A stretch of 63,844 nucleotides of DNA, the filler included, from Reticulomyxa filosa (Eukaryota; Protista; Foraminifera): the NCBI GenBank assembly GCA_000512085.1. It is 19 parts of 19 records of this genome, joined end to end, with 100 filler letters (N's around TTAATTAATTAA, not from the genome) between each part and the next. Parts side by side here need not be neighbours in the genome. Positions count along the whole stretch, not along the records: positions 1 to 5,129 come from ASPP01028462.1; positions 5,230 to 6,275 come from ASPP01032830.1; positions 6,376 to 14,722 come from ASPP01010453.1; 16 more parts are not named here. One strand, 5' to 3'. Both the position numbers and the translations under genes were made by a program. The notes beneath the pieces are model-generated. The model worked only from the letters and a program-made list of their open reading frames with translations. It had not been told where the DNA came from and ran no database searches. Below, piece by piece: positions 1 through 14,173 of the stretch. The first letter of the stretch is position 1; the number at the start of each line of letters is the position of its first letter.

Positions 1-1381
1 GTCAACGATGATATCATTGCCAATATCGCCAAATTGCTGAAAGATACTATTAACAACAATTGGCAAACTCATTTGGTCAATTTTAAAAAAGATGATATCT
101 TGTTATTGCTTATTAGTGAAGATGAAGATGATCTCATTGAAGTAATGCCAAATGACTTGGATCGTACCACCTTTTTTTAATATGTTCTGCGATGGAAACA
201 ATCGAAATGATTTTAAATCTCACTATACGTGCACATTTTGTAGATTTTTCTTATTTTAATTTCTGTTCTTTTTTTATTATTTCAAAAAGGATGTTTTATC
301 ATTGTGAAAATTGGAAAACACATATTCACAAAAGATATTATTGTTTCCAGTAATATATTTTATGTTACACCTTCATATATCCTTGAGCAAAACAAACATA
401 AAAACATGATAACTTTAGGATATATATGTTGAGGGAACATTATCAACACTTTGTTTTATTATCTTCAAAACATTTCTGTATGCTTTGCAGGGCAAGGGAA
501 AAAGTAGTGAATGTAGTGTAGTGCACACTTTAAATAAATAAAAATTGCAATATGGGTTGTTGGGTGAAGTAGAGGGACCTTGTCTCTACTAATTACGTGA
601 AAATGACTCGAAACATTTTTTTCCGAGTTTTTTTGCTCTTTCAAAAATCGGTCAATTTCTTCATTGTACTCGCATATACTTTGTTCACGCACTCACAAGG
701 CTGCACACTAAGGCAAAGGATCAGTACAACAAACAAGCAGCTTACGAAAAAGAATTGCATCTTTGCTTTTTACAATGCCAAGTTTAAGTCAAAAAAATAT
801 GTTCAGTAATTCACTACCATTAGCTTGGCTCCGTTAGATAGCCCTGGGCTCGTGTCGCCGGGGTTTTTTTCTTTCGTTGTTTGCAGCAGAAAAAAAAAGA
901 GCTGCCCGTCAACTTATTACGATGAAAGAAGTCAGATTGAAAAAATCAGACATTATTCAAGAATGGAAAAGTACGCTGACAGGCGCATGAACTTAAGGAA
1001 ATGACCATTGCAATTTGCGTGCGGACATCGCTATTTGGTGACATGCTGTGCGAGAAATTTGAAGTGGAATGTGACTGTGGCTTTGCCAGACGTTCATTTG
1101 TGACTTTGTGTAAGGGTAGACAAATAGATACGTTCATAGATTTAGAGCTTTCTTAAAAAAAAACTTTTTCTTAGTCTAGAACTTTTTTTCCCTCTTGTCG
1201 TAAAAAAATATTGATAAGTTTTTTGATAAAACATTTTGATAAAAATAAGCTATTTTGATAAAATATGACCATTGAAATTCAATTACAAACTTCTTTTTAT
1301 GGATGCTGTGCTGTTGGATAGTTGTAAAAACTCTTTTTTTCTTTTCTTGGTGAGGTTGGAGTTCTCTGGTGCTGGCGTTGG

Positions 1382-2270
1382 ATGTTGACCACGTCTTTTA
1401 ATATTTACTCCCGAATGGCGCATGTCATTCGATTCAAAATTGGCCGTTACCATTCTGCAATTCAAAACAAGGCCACTTCTCAGCAGTCCAATCACCATCA
1501 CATCAACAATTATATTAACAATTTCACGATCACTCCGACTATCACACCAAATATCACGCCAACTATTAGACCAACAATCGCACCAACTCTAATGTCAGTC
1601 ACGATAATGCAAATCGTGATCATAAATATGGACGGTCAAATTTGTGGGTACAACATGCTTTGCAAAAATGATGAATGGGGAACATTTGATATTACGTGGT
1701 GCAACTTTCAGTTAATGTCGTTTATCTTTTTTTCAATAAAAAAAATAAATAAACAAAAAAAATGCCGATAGAAGTATGAACAAAAATTTTGTAATAATAA
1801 TGACATATTTAATTAATTAAACATATACACATATAACATATAAACAGACATGGACATTGCATGTGCACAACATTGTGCTTGGGCATTTGTCAAAGTTCAA
1901 ACGGCGACATAACAGCCAATACAATGTGCGCACTAGTGATTGGAAGGTTGGTGCAGTTGGTGTTGTGAGTATGGCCTGGACAATTTCAAGAGCCATGGCA
2001 GCATGATGGCTTATAATGAGCCAAGTGTGAATGAGATATCATATATCCATGCACACGAATGCGCCAGGTGATTGTGCGTCTAGGTGGAGGCACTCACGAT
2101 ATGTTGTGGAAGTGAGTTGATGGCTACTATTAAACTCACATTGGCCCTCATTTGATTGGCGGGGAACACAATGTGTTGTAATCCATCTCCACCAACAATT
2201 GCCCGCAAATATAGAATGATAGGGCCGATCCACAATGACGACCGCGTCCGCACCAACAAACAACAGGTAA
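1382..2270 (+). pseudogene. Degenerate coding-like segment with (TPTI)-type repeat, unknown family
   Basis: GC-richer than flanks. ORF contains TITPTITPNITPTIRPTIAPT, then an intron-like AT-rich gap (about 1710-1848) and further frames broken by stops. No recognisable domain. Confidence 0.3.
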
Positions 2271-3329
2271 GCACACTAAACTATAACACGACAAGTTAGT
2301 ATATTTAACAATTTTCATGACGTAAGTATATATATGAACACTTTTTTTTTTTATGTAAAATTATCCACAAAAACAACGTATATACACATTATTGAAAAAA
2401 AAATAGACAATGCATTCCAACAATGATCCAGAGACAAGGGGTAGAAGCCAACTCCGTCTCCGAAAGGAGTTTAAAAGGTTTGATATATCTTTATATATAC
2501 ATATGCATATAATATATGTTAATGTGCTTTGTGTTTGTGTACAGGAGTCCCCCGCATGAAACACGTTACCTGTATCTAAGCCACTCCACACACACAAAAA
2601 AACATTGGGGTCGAAGGCCATCCGGTGTACAAAATAATGAATAATGGTTTGTTATATTTTATATATTTGTATCTTTCTTTTGTTAAAATAATGTGATTGT
2701 GTGTATATCATAAATAGGAATTCCCCCTCACAAAGAAAAAAATCTGTTTATGTTCTTTTGTCCCCCCTATATTCCATACACAAAAACAAAAACATTTTGA
2801 GTGTGTATAACAGGGAAAAAAATTGAAATGGATTTTGAAATTCACTTTTACAGGTAAATATATTTTTTGTTGTGTTTTCTAAAAATAAAAATAATTTTGC
2901 TTGTTTGTGTAGTATGTGCCAGGATCCAAATTATTTTTAAAAGAAAAAAAAGTTAGAAAGATTGGTGGGGGAAAAAATGGAGAATAGAAAAAGGAGGGAA
3001 AAATATAATTGAAAAAGGGGGAGGGGGTGGGAAAACGTATAATTGAAAAAGGAGGGGAGGGGAAAAAAATAGAAATTGAAAATAATAAAAATAGTAAAAA
3101 AAAAAAAGAAAATATGAACAAAAAAAAGATGACAAAAAAAGAAGTATAAGAAAAAGAAAAAAAATTTGATAAAAAAATAAGAAAAGAAAAAAAAAAAGTT
3201 ACTTGGAGAATTTACTCCAAAAATTATTTCTATCGATATGATAGCAAATTATTAGTTAAGTAAATAAAAATTATATATTGTGTTTCTTCATTTTTTTTGC
3301 CACACTAAAATAATGTTTGCTTTTTTAAA

Positions 3330-5129
3330 TATAGATGACAAGAAAACAAGATATACGTATTCAAAGAATCGTTTGAAATTTGGACGTTCAATGATATCGT
3401 CAATGATGAAAGTTCTCACGTGAAGAAAGCAAGACAAAATCATTTACCAAGCATCTGTGGGTAATTTGTGCTAATGTTGTTCAAATGCCAAGAGGATATC
3501 ATAAATGGATTGTGGACAGTCGATTTGACCTATCTGGAAAATGATAAATATTTTGGAATATGTTATGTGCTGTTGGGGCAAAATGAAGACCACCTGCCGA
3601 GCACCATGATGGAGATCTCAACCGCCTGCGCCATCCACTGATGCATTTGTTCTCAATCGCATCGTCTTCTTTTGTTGATCAATTGCAGCTAAATTATCAT
3701 GTCAAGGTGCTATCATATACAACCACTTACAAAATCACTCACATTCATATGGATCTACTCCACATGTCCTGTTCTCCAACATCGATCCCAACTTTTTCTA
3801 TAGCTCCATATCTGACACTATCAAGATATGTACGTGCATACAATTGAGACAACAAAGATGTTTGGGTCCATCAATTATTATTTCTCTTGTGCCATTGCAG
3901 CCCAACGTGTGAGCTTTATCACAACTTGGAATATATTGGATATAGTCTCGACAATATCTCAGCACAAATTGATGCAAACCCTCCACAACAATCCGTATCA
4001 ATCTTATCCCTCGTATTTTCCAACAAGAGCTCAACTTTGATTCAAGCACGATACTCCTATCTATATATTCCCAACAAGGCATCTTACAATGTCTCCACAC
4101 ATTTACGCTACAGTTGTGAGCAAGTATAGTTTGTTACAAAGCCATCTTAAAGTGTTCTGTGTTTTTTGGATTGTATAGATTGAATTAATTTGCATCGATA
4201 ATGAAAAGCAAGGACGTGCCTGTATTACAAGTGGTGGCGTAGTGACAAAGGTCTCTGGTTACAAGATAGACGGCCATTGAATAGTAGCAAAATGAAAAAA
4301 TTGCGAATTGGATTTGGGTGGTCCATTGACAATTATCAATGGTGCGATGTATGATACGTAACGTTGCACTATATCAATTGTGGAAGTCTTGAACGTATGT
4401 TATTCGTCGTGGAAATTTGGTAAGCGTATCCATCGGATGGAAGATCCATCATTTTATTGCGGACATATAGTGAAACCAAACAGCAAATCAAATTTCCGTG
4501 CGGTGTGTGTGGGCAAAGTTTTGGATTAGTTGCAGTTCTTTCGTGTAGCTGAATCACGTATTACTGGAGAAATTGATTAAAACAATTTCATCTTTCAATT
4601 CGGATCACGCTATGAGTTACCTTCTTGTGGAATGTGAGGATTAGATGATGTTTGGGATACTAACGATATTCCAAATGGATTGTTGGAAAGAAGTGCGAAA
4701 TGCACGATCATATTCAATTAACAATGGCACCATTTTTACTCATGCACTTAATCCAGCGGCTGCTCCATTTCACTCCACTTTTTTGTTGACGCCAACGCTG
4801 GTACAAATTTGCAGTTTGTACAAGTGTGTTGGAAGTGTATGAACACTGGATGATCATACTTCTGGAGCCATCTTCAATTCGACGACCAACTATATGACGG
4901 GTGTGCAATGGTTTGGCTTTATCTATCCTCGAACTTCTGTTGGGCTCGTGCAATCAAGCAGGCAATGTCAAATTAGCCAGCTGCTCGAACACGTATTGCG
5001 AGGGTCATATTTTGGGAAGTAAATAGATATTATTTCAAACAAGCAATCCTTCAAGAAATAATACCAAGCCAATCCACGTGTTCAATATTGCCATCGAAAG
5101 AAGATACTCTGAGCATTATCTTTACGAAT
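3330..5129 (+). pseudogene. Decayed coding or repeat-derived sequence, unidentified
   Basis: About 1.8 kb of homopolymer-poor, coding-like composition with stops in all frames and no obvious introns. Confidence 0.3.
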
Positions 5130-5229
5130 NNNNNNNNNNNNNNNNNNNNNNNNNNNNNNNNNNNNNNNNNNNNTTAATTAATTAANNNNNNNNNNNNNNN
5201 NNNNNNNNNNNNNNNNNNNNNNNNNNNNN
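5130..5229. other. Artificial contig spacer (first of 18)
   Basis: 44 N + TTAATTAATTAA (stops in all six frames) + 44 N. Identical 100-bp spacers start at 5130, 6276, 14723, 16437, 21153, 25119, 26263, 29161, 33004, 34276, 36683, 38331, 41336, 42659, 48275, 59542, 60916 and 62342. Confidence 0.99.
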
Positions 5230-6375
5230 TTGTGCAATTGGATGAAGACAATGCCTTTTGATGAAAGAGATTATAGCTTGTTTAATGAAAAGAGCGGAGT
5301 TAAATTGCTAGTGAAACATGTAGGTGAATTATGGCACGCATTAAAATACAAAAAAACGGAAAATTTTTACCATGAACATTTCTTTTTTAAATTTTGCAGG
5401 CCAAGGGTTGAGATGTTAATTACCACTATAAATTTTGGAATTTAATGTTTACTTTGTTGTGACCTCTAAGCAAGAAATATTTATCTTGCAAAGAGATTGC
5501 AAACCTACAGTTGTGAAAAAAAACTTAAGCCTCTATAAGAGAATCGATTTTCTCCATGAAAGATAAAAAACATCTACAAATCTTGTTATTTTAAAATATA
5601 AATTTTTTTTATTTGATTTGTGTTTATTTTGTCATTTTAAAGTTTAACTCTTCAAAATTGTTTCATTGCAAAGACTAAGAAATAAAGCTAACAGCTTTGA
5701 ATTTATAAGTAATTTGTGTCTTATTGTTTAGATTATAAAAATGTTATAATATCAGCTTTACGAAACTTTAATTGATTATTTGTTTCGATTACCACCACAA
5801 ATTCATTTTTGTTCCACTTAAAAGACATCATTTTCCACATAACTAACATTGTCATCTTTTAATATTTTAAACGACAGTTAATTTCACATATCAATTCACT
5901 CACAAAACTCAATAAAAATAAAAATTAGCTATGAAATTTTATTGGACGTCAAGTTTTTCAAATTTGCTTTCACAAAAAATTCAATAAGTCAAAAAAAAAA
6001 AAAAATTAAAAATAATACAATAAAAACAAAAATCAATAAGCAAAATACTAACACTACAAAAAAAGATCCAACAAAATTTACTGAAAAAAAATTATTTGTC
6101 GCTTTTTGTCAAAAAGGTTGAAATTTAAAATTAAATTTTGTGCCATATGAAACCTTATTTGTGTATGAGACAAATTACAAAAGGGCGCTTTCAAATTTTT
6201 TTGTATGAAATCAAACGAGAATGCGAACGGTTTTTTTAAATTTCCTATGGATTTTTCTGCAGAAAAAAATTTGTCNNNNNNNNNNNNNNNNNNNNNNNNN
6301 NNNNNNNNNNNNNNNNNNNTTAATTAATTAANNNNNNNNNNNNNNNNNNNNNNNNNNNNNNNNNNNNNNNNNNNN

Positions 6376-6426
6376 GTAATGAAAACAAATAATAATAATA
6401 ACAATGATAATAATAATAACAATGAC

Positions 6427-6479
<53 letters not shown>

Positions 6480-7430
6480 TAACAATAATGAGTCATTATG
6501 GTGGTCAAAATTTAGCAGCAACTTAGAAAGACTATCATTGAATCATGTGATGGGTCAAATAAATGAAATTGAAAAGTTATTTCAACAGTTATCGCACCCA
6601 ATATTGCGTCATTTGAAAGTGCTACGACTGGATGATTTATTGCCCATTGCCAAAACCTCCGACTCATACACTCCTTCGAACAAGTTGCAATTGACTGTGC
6701 CCATGCCGCCATACGTGGAGTCATTTGCGTTTGGGACAACACCGCACTTCTTTTTTGAGATGTGGTTTAGTTGACTACTCTTCCATCGTTTTTTTCTTTT
6801 CCTTCTCTCTCTCTATCTATCTGGCTGTGGACAAACAACAAACAATATAAAATATAACAAAGCGTCGAGCTAGCCTTTGATCTCAGCCAACATAACAAGA
6901 AATTTGATCACTTTTTTTTGTGTTTGGAAGCAAATGAGTACATTTCGTTTTTCGATAAACGACTAAAGTGGGAAGGCTCTTCGAAATTGACCATCAATAC
7001 CTTGGTAATCGAATACTACCAAATCACTCCCACTTTAGGCACTCATCACTTTGACAGTGACGAACTGACCGAAAGTGATCACATGCTATGGAAGTGCTGG
7101 GATTATTTGCTTCTCGATCCCAATGAAATTGACCAACTCAATGACGAACTCTTGGAGGAGTTGAACGAACACCAATTCAACTTAAATGAAATTGGTGGGG
7201 GAAATGAGGAAAGGCAACATCTACTCCATGATATCGAACAGGATATCATTCAAGTGCATCCCCGTCGCTTTACGTATCAAACAATGTATCTTGTCATCGA
7301 ACCTGTTCATACTTCCATGTTTCACGACTACTTGGATGACAGAAACATTTCTTCCATTCAAAAAAAAATGTTATTTTGTGTGATTTTGATGAAATCCCAT
7401 CCGAAGTGCGTCTATTTTAAACAAAATTCC
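6376..7430 (+). CDS. Hypothetical protein, 5'-partial, poly-Asn N-terminus
   Basis: ORF 6379-6774 (poly-N, then LERLSLNH and LKVLRLDD leucine-rich segments) joined by a probable intron (about 6762-6860) to ORF 6918-7520. Confidence 0.6.
6388..6490 (+). repeat. (AAT)n microsatellite encoding poly-Asn
   Basis: Direct AAT/AAC/GAT run. Confidence 0.95.
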
Positions 7431-8990
7431 ATCTTTTTTTTTTTTAAAATTTTCATAAACAATGTATTCTTTGTAAGCCCATTTTGTTTTCAACAAGAAT
7501 TATCCCTAGTTTTGTCATAAAGATTTTTGTGCAAATAACAATCCTCTTTAATCTTTTCTTGAAAGTTTGTTAGACAAAAATGTAGATCAGTTTCCCAAAA
7601 AGGAAATACTGTAAAGTAAGTCTTCCAGTATAAACTTATGGCGTAACAAACAAGACAGTCTCAAAGCCTGTGAGGAAAACTTAATACGTTAAAATTGATT
7701 AATAAATGCAAATGCGAAAACATTTCGTATTTGTATTGTAGATACAATTCAAATGATTGTCTTCAGATAACTCATCAAAAATTACTTTAACATTTTTTTA
7801 TGCGCATATACATCTTTCCAAGAATGTATATTATGATTTGCAAACATTTCAAAAGTAATTTTATAGCACGACTAGTAAACGTTCGGCACATACTTATTTA
7901 AAAAAATTTAAAAAAGTGTCATTCATGTGCTTTTTTCTGAACAGACTAGTTATTTATTTACATTCAAAATCAAATGACAAAATGTTTGAAAAACATTTTT
8001 TTGTATAAAAAAATTAATTTATTGATATCAATTATTAAATTGAAATATAATTTTTAAAAAATTAAAGTAAGTAAAATGTATATTTCCAACATAAAAAAAA
8101 TGCTTTTTATTCTTTTTTATTTATTAGCATGTCCAAGTTTGAAAAACATAATAAAAATACTTAAAAAAAACATAATAGTATTTCGTTGCACATTCAAAAC
8201 ACTTTTTTTTATTTTTGTGCTTGTCATTTTTTTTACAAAAGTTTTTTGCTACAATGATTGTACTAGATATTATTGAAATAAGACAAAGATCCGTTTTCAA
8301 AGCATATAGTTCTCCTTATTCAAGAGTTTCATCTTGTCGTTTTTTTGTAATTCCGCGGTCAATATTTGAAACATAGCTCGAAAAAGAAACATTTTACTTT
8401 TCATGCTCCAGTGAACTTTTGCCAACTGCCACAAAGAAATTGTTTATAATTATAACTTTTTCGAAATTCAATTTTGTTCCTTGTTTTCGTGGTATTATAT
8501 TGCTTGTAATTACTATTCAATCAACTTAAAATTCAATTTTAATTTACATAAAATAGGAAAATAATACAACATTTAGCAATCATAGACTTTTTCTTTAAAG
8601 AGAAAATACTTTTTTAATATGTGCAAAGCTTGATGCTTCACTTTAACCAAACTGATCAAAATATTTCATTTCACAAGGCAAATATTCAATACTATTCATT
8701 GTCAAAATATCGCTGGCAATTTCCGTCAGTCTTTGCACGATAAAAGAATGAACAGAAACTCCATTTTTATTGTTGTGGTAGCAATATTTTATAAAAAGGA
8801 AAGAAACGCTTAAAGAAAAATAATGTTCACAATTAAGGTATCATTGAATATATTTCAATAGGACTAAAAAAAAAGGCTGCTAAAAACGCAAACACCAAAG
8901 AAATGAAAGCCTCAAGACAAAAAAACAACCAAAAAAATCCGATCATTCACCAGAGCTGAGAAAAAAAAAGTAATTAAAAATACCAATAAT

Positions 8991-9936
8991 TTAATGTGAC
9001 GAAGAAGGGCAAGATATTTGATCAGTTGGGTTCAATCCCAACTCGCTCACTGGAATGCCTATAAGAACCAAAAAAGGCCAATAAAAAAATTATATATCCA
9101 CAACAAAAAAGAATAAAAAACCGCTTACCCACAGACTCGGCATAATTATACATTGTATTATAATCTTCAGAGCTAATTGTTTGGTTTCGACCTAATATCC
9201 AAATATTTTGGAATGCCCTATAAAAAAATAAAAAATACGCATACACAAAGATCGGCTTTATCTAACATAAAAATTTATTTTTTTTACCTTCGGTATTTTT
9301 TTGCGGAAAGTGCATGTTTTTTTAACTGGTTAAACACAAAAATAATAAACAACAAACAAATACAAACCCATCGTTTTGACAACTCCACACGAGTGATACA
9401 GAGTAGTCACCATTGTTATCAGTGATCAATTTCAGGACCCAATATGGAGCATACGGGCCACCGAATGACACCTCTAAGTCGCCACTGTTGGCAGTTACCT
9501 TTCCAAAAAAAATTTTTTGTGATAAGAATTTAATTGTGAGCAAAAAAAAAAAAATAATAATGATAAAAGACAAATTACCTGTTTGGCTGTGCCAATAGAA
9601 CAACGTTCCGTTTTTGAGTTCGTGTTGTAACCGCAATTGTCCACGCGAACAGTGCCGTCATTGTTCAGTGTGTAATTCGCATCTGTATCCCCCCCCGACA
9701 AAACACAAACCGGCCATGAGTACTCTTAGTATGTGCGAAGTTTCGCAACAAAGTTACTCACACTCGCAGACAAGGTCGTGCTCGAAAACGACTTGAAAGG
9801 TTTCCGTGCACGCTATCTGGTACCAGAAGCCAAGGTATTTGCTTACGTCGAAAGGCGTCACATAGTGCGCGTCAGGTGAGCAGGCCGCGTTACACAAAGC
9901 CAATAACAAACACAAAGCGATAATTTTTTCAAACAT
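8991..9936 (-). CDS. Secreted lipocalin (ApoD/Blc-like), multi-exon
   Basis: Signal peptide MFEKIIALCLLLALCNA; SCR1 motif FDVSKYLGFWYQIA; ANYTLNNDGTVRVDN; PYWVL..DYSVSLVWSC; WILGR. GT-AG introns; TAA at 8991-8993. Confidence 0.9.
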
Positions 9937-10499
9937 GCTTCTTTATTTTTCCTCTTTTTAAAACGTTGAATAAGGAAAGTTTAAAACGTCGTAAAAAAAA
10001 AGAATTTTTTTGAAAGGAGAGGAAGAAAGTGCTTTCTTTGTAAAAGAAAAAAAAGGCTGCCGTCGAAGGATGTGAAAGTTTGTGAAAGTGTGCAAAATAA
10101 GTTCTTAACAAAATTAATGGCAGTTTTTCATTTTTATAGGCAAAAAGTGGAGACTTTAATATTCTCAAGAATTAATAGCAATTTTGTTCTTCAACTTTTT
10201 AAATAAAAGAAACATTACAAAATTTTCTCACGCCCTCAAATAACCCACGAACAAACAAGAAAAGTTTAAGATTAAATTGGAAAAAGCTAGACATTTTTTT
10301 GGGTAAGCTCGACAAAGGAGAGAAACAAAGGAATTGTCGGACATTGCAAAGCAAATATCTGCATTTCATGATCAAACGCTTTGTCAAAAGTTAACAAATT
10401 TTTCTTTTTTTTTTTTAAAGTGGACATTGCAAAAAAAGACAATTATATATATGGACATCAAAGAAAAAGAGTTTGTTTGAGCCTCGTTTCTAAAACAAT

Positions 10500-13400
10500 G
10501 GAAAGTCTTGTTGCGATAGTATCTGTAAACATGTTATATATACATATAAATATATACAGCAAATTCTCAAAGAAGAAATGGAGCCACTAAAATTTAAAAA
10601 GAAACATACGTAGTTTATATTGCACATTGGTGGTGGACTTTGGACGCCTCGAACGGGATCATTGTACCGAGGTATCATCTCACATTGATTCTTTGAAAGG
10701 GCTTTGCAAACGAATAGACAAACAAATATGTGACAAAAAAAAAAAAAAAAAGCATTGGCTGTATTGCCGTCTTTCACAATCGAATCAATAAGTTTGATTG
10801 TGTTATATTTACGTACATGTGCATGTGAGATCATGAAGCAAGTGAATGTACTGCACGTGTGCATGTGTAAAAAAAAAAAAAACTCAACTGTCATATTGCA
10901 AAAATGACAACAATGGAGTGTGTTTACTTGAACTGGTGCAACGAGATGTTTCAAAAGATAGAGCCCCTCCTGCTTCCTCTTGTATTGATTGACGCGTCTT
11001 ACTTTCGCAATAAGTCGTTGGGGAAGCCTTCGAATGACGATTTGGATTTGTTACCGGTGACGAGCACGCCGAGGACGATACTGATGGAATGTGAATGTAA
11101 TGATGCAAATACTGGTTCATCATCATATCAACGTCCATGTCTGTGCCTAATGCGCCACCATGCCCATTCATTTCACTCCATGACGTCGCCTTCGATACAT
11201 TGTCAAAATTGCCGGAAATCGCTTCAGATCCACTCAAACAAATCGTGTTGCTCAGTATAGCTCCGCCGTCCATTGAACACGCTATTGCTGTGACTGCTGT
11301 TTGCGGCCGTGGAGGGGTACGTGACCACGAACGAGAAACTGAGAGACAGGGGGGAGTTTGTGGCACTACTACGAGGAATGGAGAAGAAAAGGAAATTGAT
11401 GACGCATTTGAAACTAGAGCTGTTTCATTATTATCTATACCGTCATTTGTGTTTTTTTATTATTGGTATTATTATATTAGTGTTATTTTTGGCTTTGTCC
11501 CCCTTTTTTGAAAATAAAATTCAAACTGGGTGCGTTTGGCACGACATTTTTACAAGCTTGTGGTAGGTCTTCAGAAATCAAGCAAGTGGATTGGAAGTAT
11601 TGGTTCAAGTTTTGCTGACTGTTGAAAGGATTTTGTCGATACATAAGATTGCATATAAGATAATTTAAGAAAAAAATCTGTTTAAAAATAAATTTAATGA
11701 ACTGCTGTGGTAAAGTTTCGTGAGACACATGATAAAAGGGATGACGTTTGCAGAGAGATTCGTCCTGAATAGAAAGTGAGTTCAGTTGAGAAAGAGGATA
11801 CTGTGCGGGTAGCTTGTGGATAGAAGAAGAAGAAGTTCCGAACGAACAGGAAAGAGCAGAATAATGTGAATGAGATGGAATGTTCGAAAGAACATGATGA
11901 AATTGAGAAGGTGGAGAGCTATCCTTACACTCATAGCGACGCAAAGGAGCAGACAATGGCATATCCAATGTGGTTTCACAACCCAACAAACAGACCGAAT
12001 TGCAGTGGTTTAAACTTGCTTTGTTCTCGGTCGCATTCGAATAGCAGTCATATTCATTGCAATTACCATTTGGACTCTGAGACATTGTACATACCGGTAT
12101 CACCGTTGTAGTGCCTGTCCCATTATTGGACACGTGGTGTTCTTTCTTCTTTTTTTTCTTCATACATACCAACGTGGCTTCCATTTCGTTTTGATTGTCA
12201 TTGTCATCATCGTGTTCTGAGACGTTGCGACGATTTCGCACATTTTCTTTTGGGGGGTCTATTCATTGTTGTTATTATTATTATTGTTATTATTATTAAT
12301 TTTTGAAAAAGACTTTTATTATTCTTGATCCTTTTTTTTTTTGAAGTGTACAATAATACCTGATATTCGGACTTCCACTTCTTGTTCATCTATCATCAAA
12401 CTCTTGGAACATCTTAATGCTTTGTCGCAATCATCTTTTAGAAAATATTCAATGAATGAATATCCTATTAATACATCTTTTGAGAATCTGCATGTTTTAT
12501 TTTTGCTATTGTTCTCAATTTAACCATCACTTTTTTTGTGTGTGTAATATTGCACTAACTTTTCTGTTGGTAGTGTAAACTTTCGGATCTTTCCAAACTG
12601 CTCAAATATTTTTCGAAAATTATCTGGATTTGTATGACAGGGAATATCACGCACATACAATGTTCTCTCTGCTTGTTCCTGATGTATTCATTTGCACATC
12701 AATTGATTATCATTTTTTTGGATTCAGCTAAAAAAAGTCCCTTTAACGCAATACTTTCTTTTAAAACATACCAAAATACTAATATATTTGTTGTCATTTC
12801 TTATTGGGCCCTCTTTTTTTAATTCTACATTTAAACACTTTCCACGGCAACATGCATTTTTTAAATTAAGTTTTGCTGTATTAGCATCTTCTGGAGACTT
12901 AAAACCTAAAAAACAATATCCTTTTTTGTGTCGGAAATCTGCAAATGTCTTTCCGCTCAATCTTTCTAATTCATGTCTTAATTGATCACGAGTTATTTCA
13001 TTTGGAATGTTTCCCACAAACAATTTGCACCTAGAATCACGAATTCGTGCCTTTCTCATCTATTTTGCAATAAAGCATTTGCAAAAGGGAAGTTTGACTA
13101 ACTACTAAAAAAATCATTCCAAAATTGTAAAAATTAACTGCATCTAATTCTGAACGTTTTCGAAATACAAGGGTTGATCCTTGTAAATCAACTGAATTAT
13201 ATGTTTGTATGGCTAATTCACACTGAGTTTTAGTTTTAAAAGTGACAAAAGCAAAGCGGCGATTCAAATCGTTCGTATCAATTTCAACATGCTCGACTAT
13301 TCCAATAGTCTTTAAGTTTATTTTATTATTTTTTTGTCAAGCATCACATCAGTTTGTAGTTTTGTTGTTAGTGATCTTTTTGCTAAGTAAAAAGGTGAAA

Positions 13401-13661
13401 GTCCGTGTGAGCTTTTTTTGTTGATGTTTTCGTTAATTATATACTTGACAAAAGTGAGTTTAATAGAACTTAACACTCAGTAATTTTGTTATGTCTTCTT
13501 GCGTTGTTGCGTGACTGATGTCATTAACAAAAACTTGTCTCTCGATTTTCTACAAGGCGTTGTTGAACATATTCATTAATATTAGTTCAAAACAAAAAAA
13601 AATATGAAAGTGTTCAAACATGTTCTTCTCGATTGGAAGGTGGCATTGCTGATTCATGCAT
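10500..13661 (-). CDS. RNA-binding protein with three RRM domains and a long Ser/Pro/His-rich C-terminal tail
   Basis: Spliced model: MHESAMPPSNREEH|KIERQVFVNDIS..RRFAFVTF (RRM1); KLFVGNIP..KGYCFLGF (RRM2); TLYVRDIP..GYSFIEY (RRM3); intron into DPPKENVRNRR (ORF 11483-12241), then ORF 10884-11366. 3' end approximate. Confidence 0.8.
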
Positions 13662-14173
13662 AATTTTATATGTCTATAATTTTAGAAATGTGATAAATAC
13701 TCGACAAACAAGTGATGACGCCTAACCGTCATAATTTACATCGAAAGTTTGTCGTCATCTCACAAGAACTTTAGTGCTAGTTCACTGTTTTTTTTTGGTT
13801 GACTGAGTATTCAACATGGGCAAGAGCTATAGGAATTTATAACGGACGAAGCAGGCTCAGATCTTCAGAGCACTTTCTTAAACCTCTGACAGAAGATTTT
13901 TAAAAAACTCTCTGAACTTTGGGCGTTTTTTGTTGGTCGCTTTTTGTTAAAGTGATTTGTAGTATGACAACAGATCATTTACAAAATGGTAACAGTAATT
14001 CAATTGAACGAAAAAACCATCAGGGTACTGAAAGATTTTTGCTTGGTTTAAACACAGTTTGACGAAAACCTTTGGTCTTTTAAGATCATCAATTTTTTGT
14101 TACGAATTGTTCATTGAAGGACAAATTATTTTATGAAAACTATTAAAAAATAGGACTATTTGCACTGCAGTAA

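Noticed and set aside
2879-3200. Phe/Pro-rich hydrophobic ORFs
   Set aside because: Translations of a purine homopolymer tract, probably low-quality or low-complexity sequence.
4200-4790. LINE endonuclease motifs (SGGV, INNG..T)
   Set aside because: The diagnostic GDFN and SDH context and any RT motifs could not be found in consistent frames.
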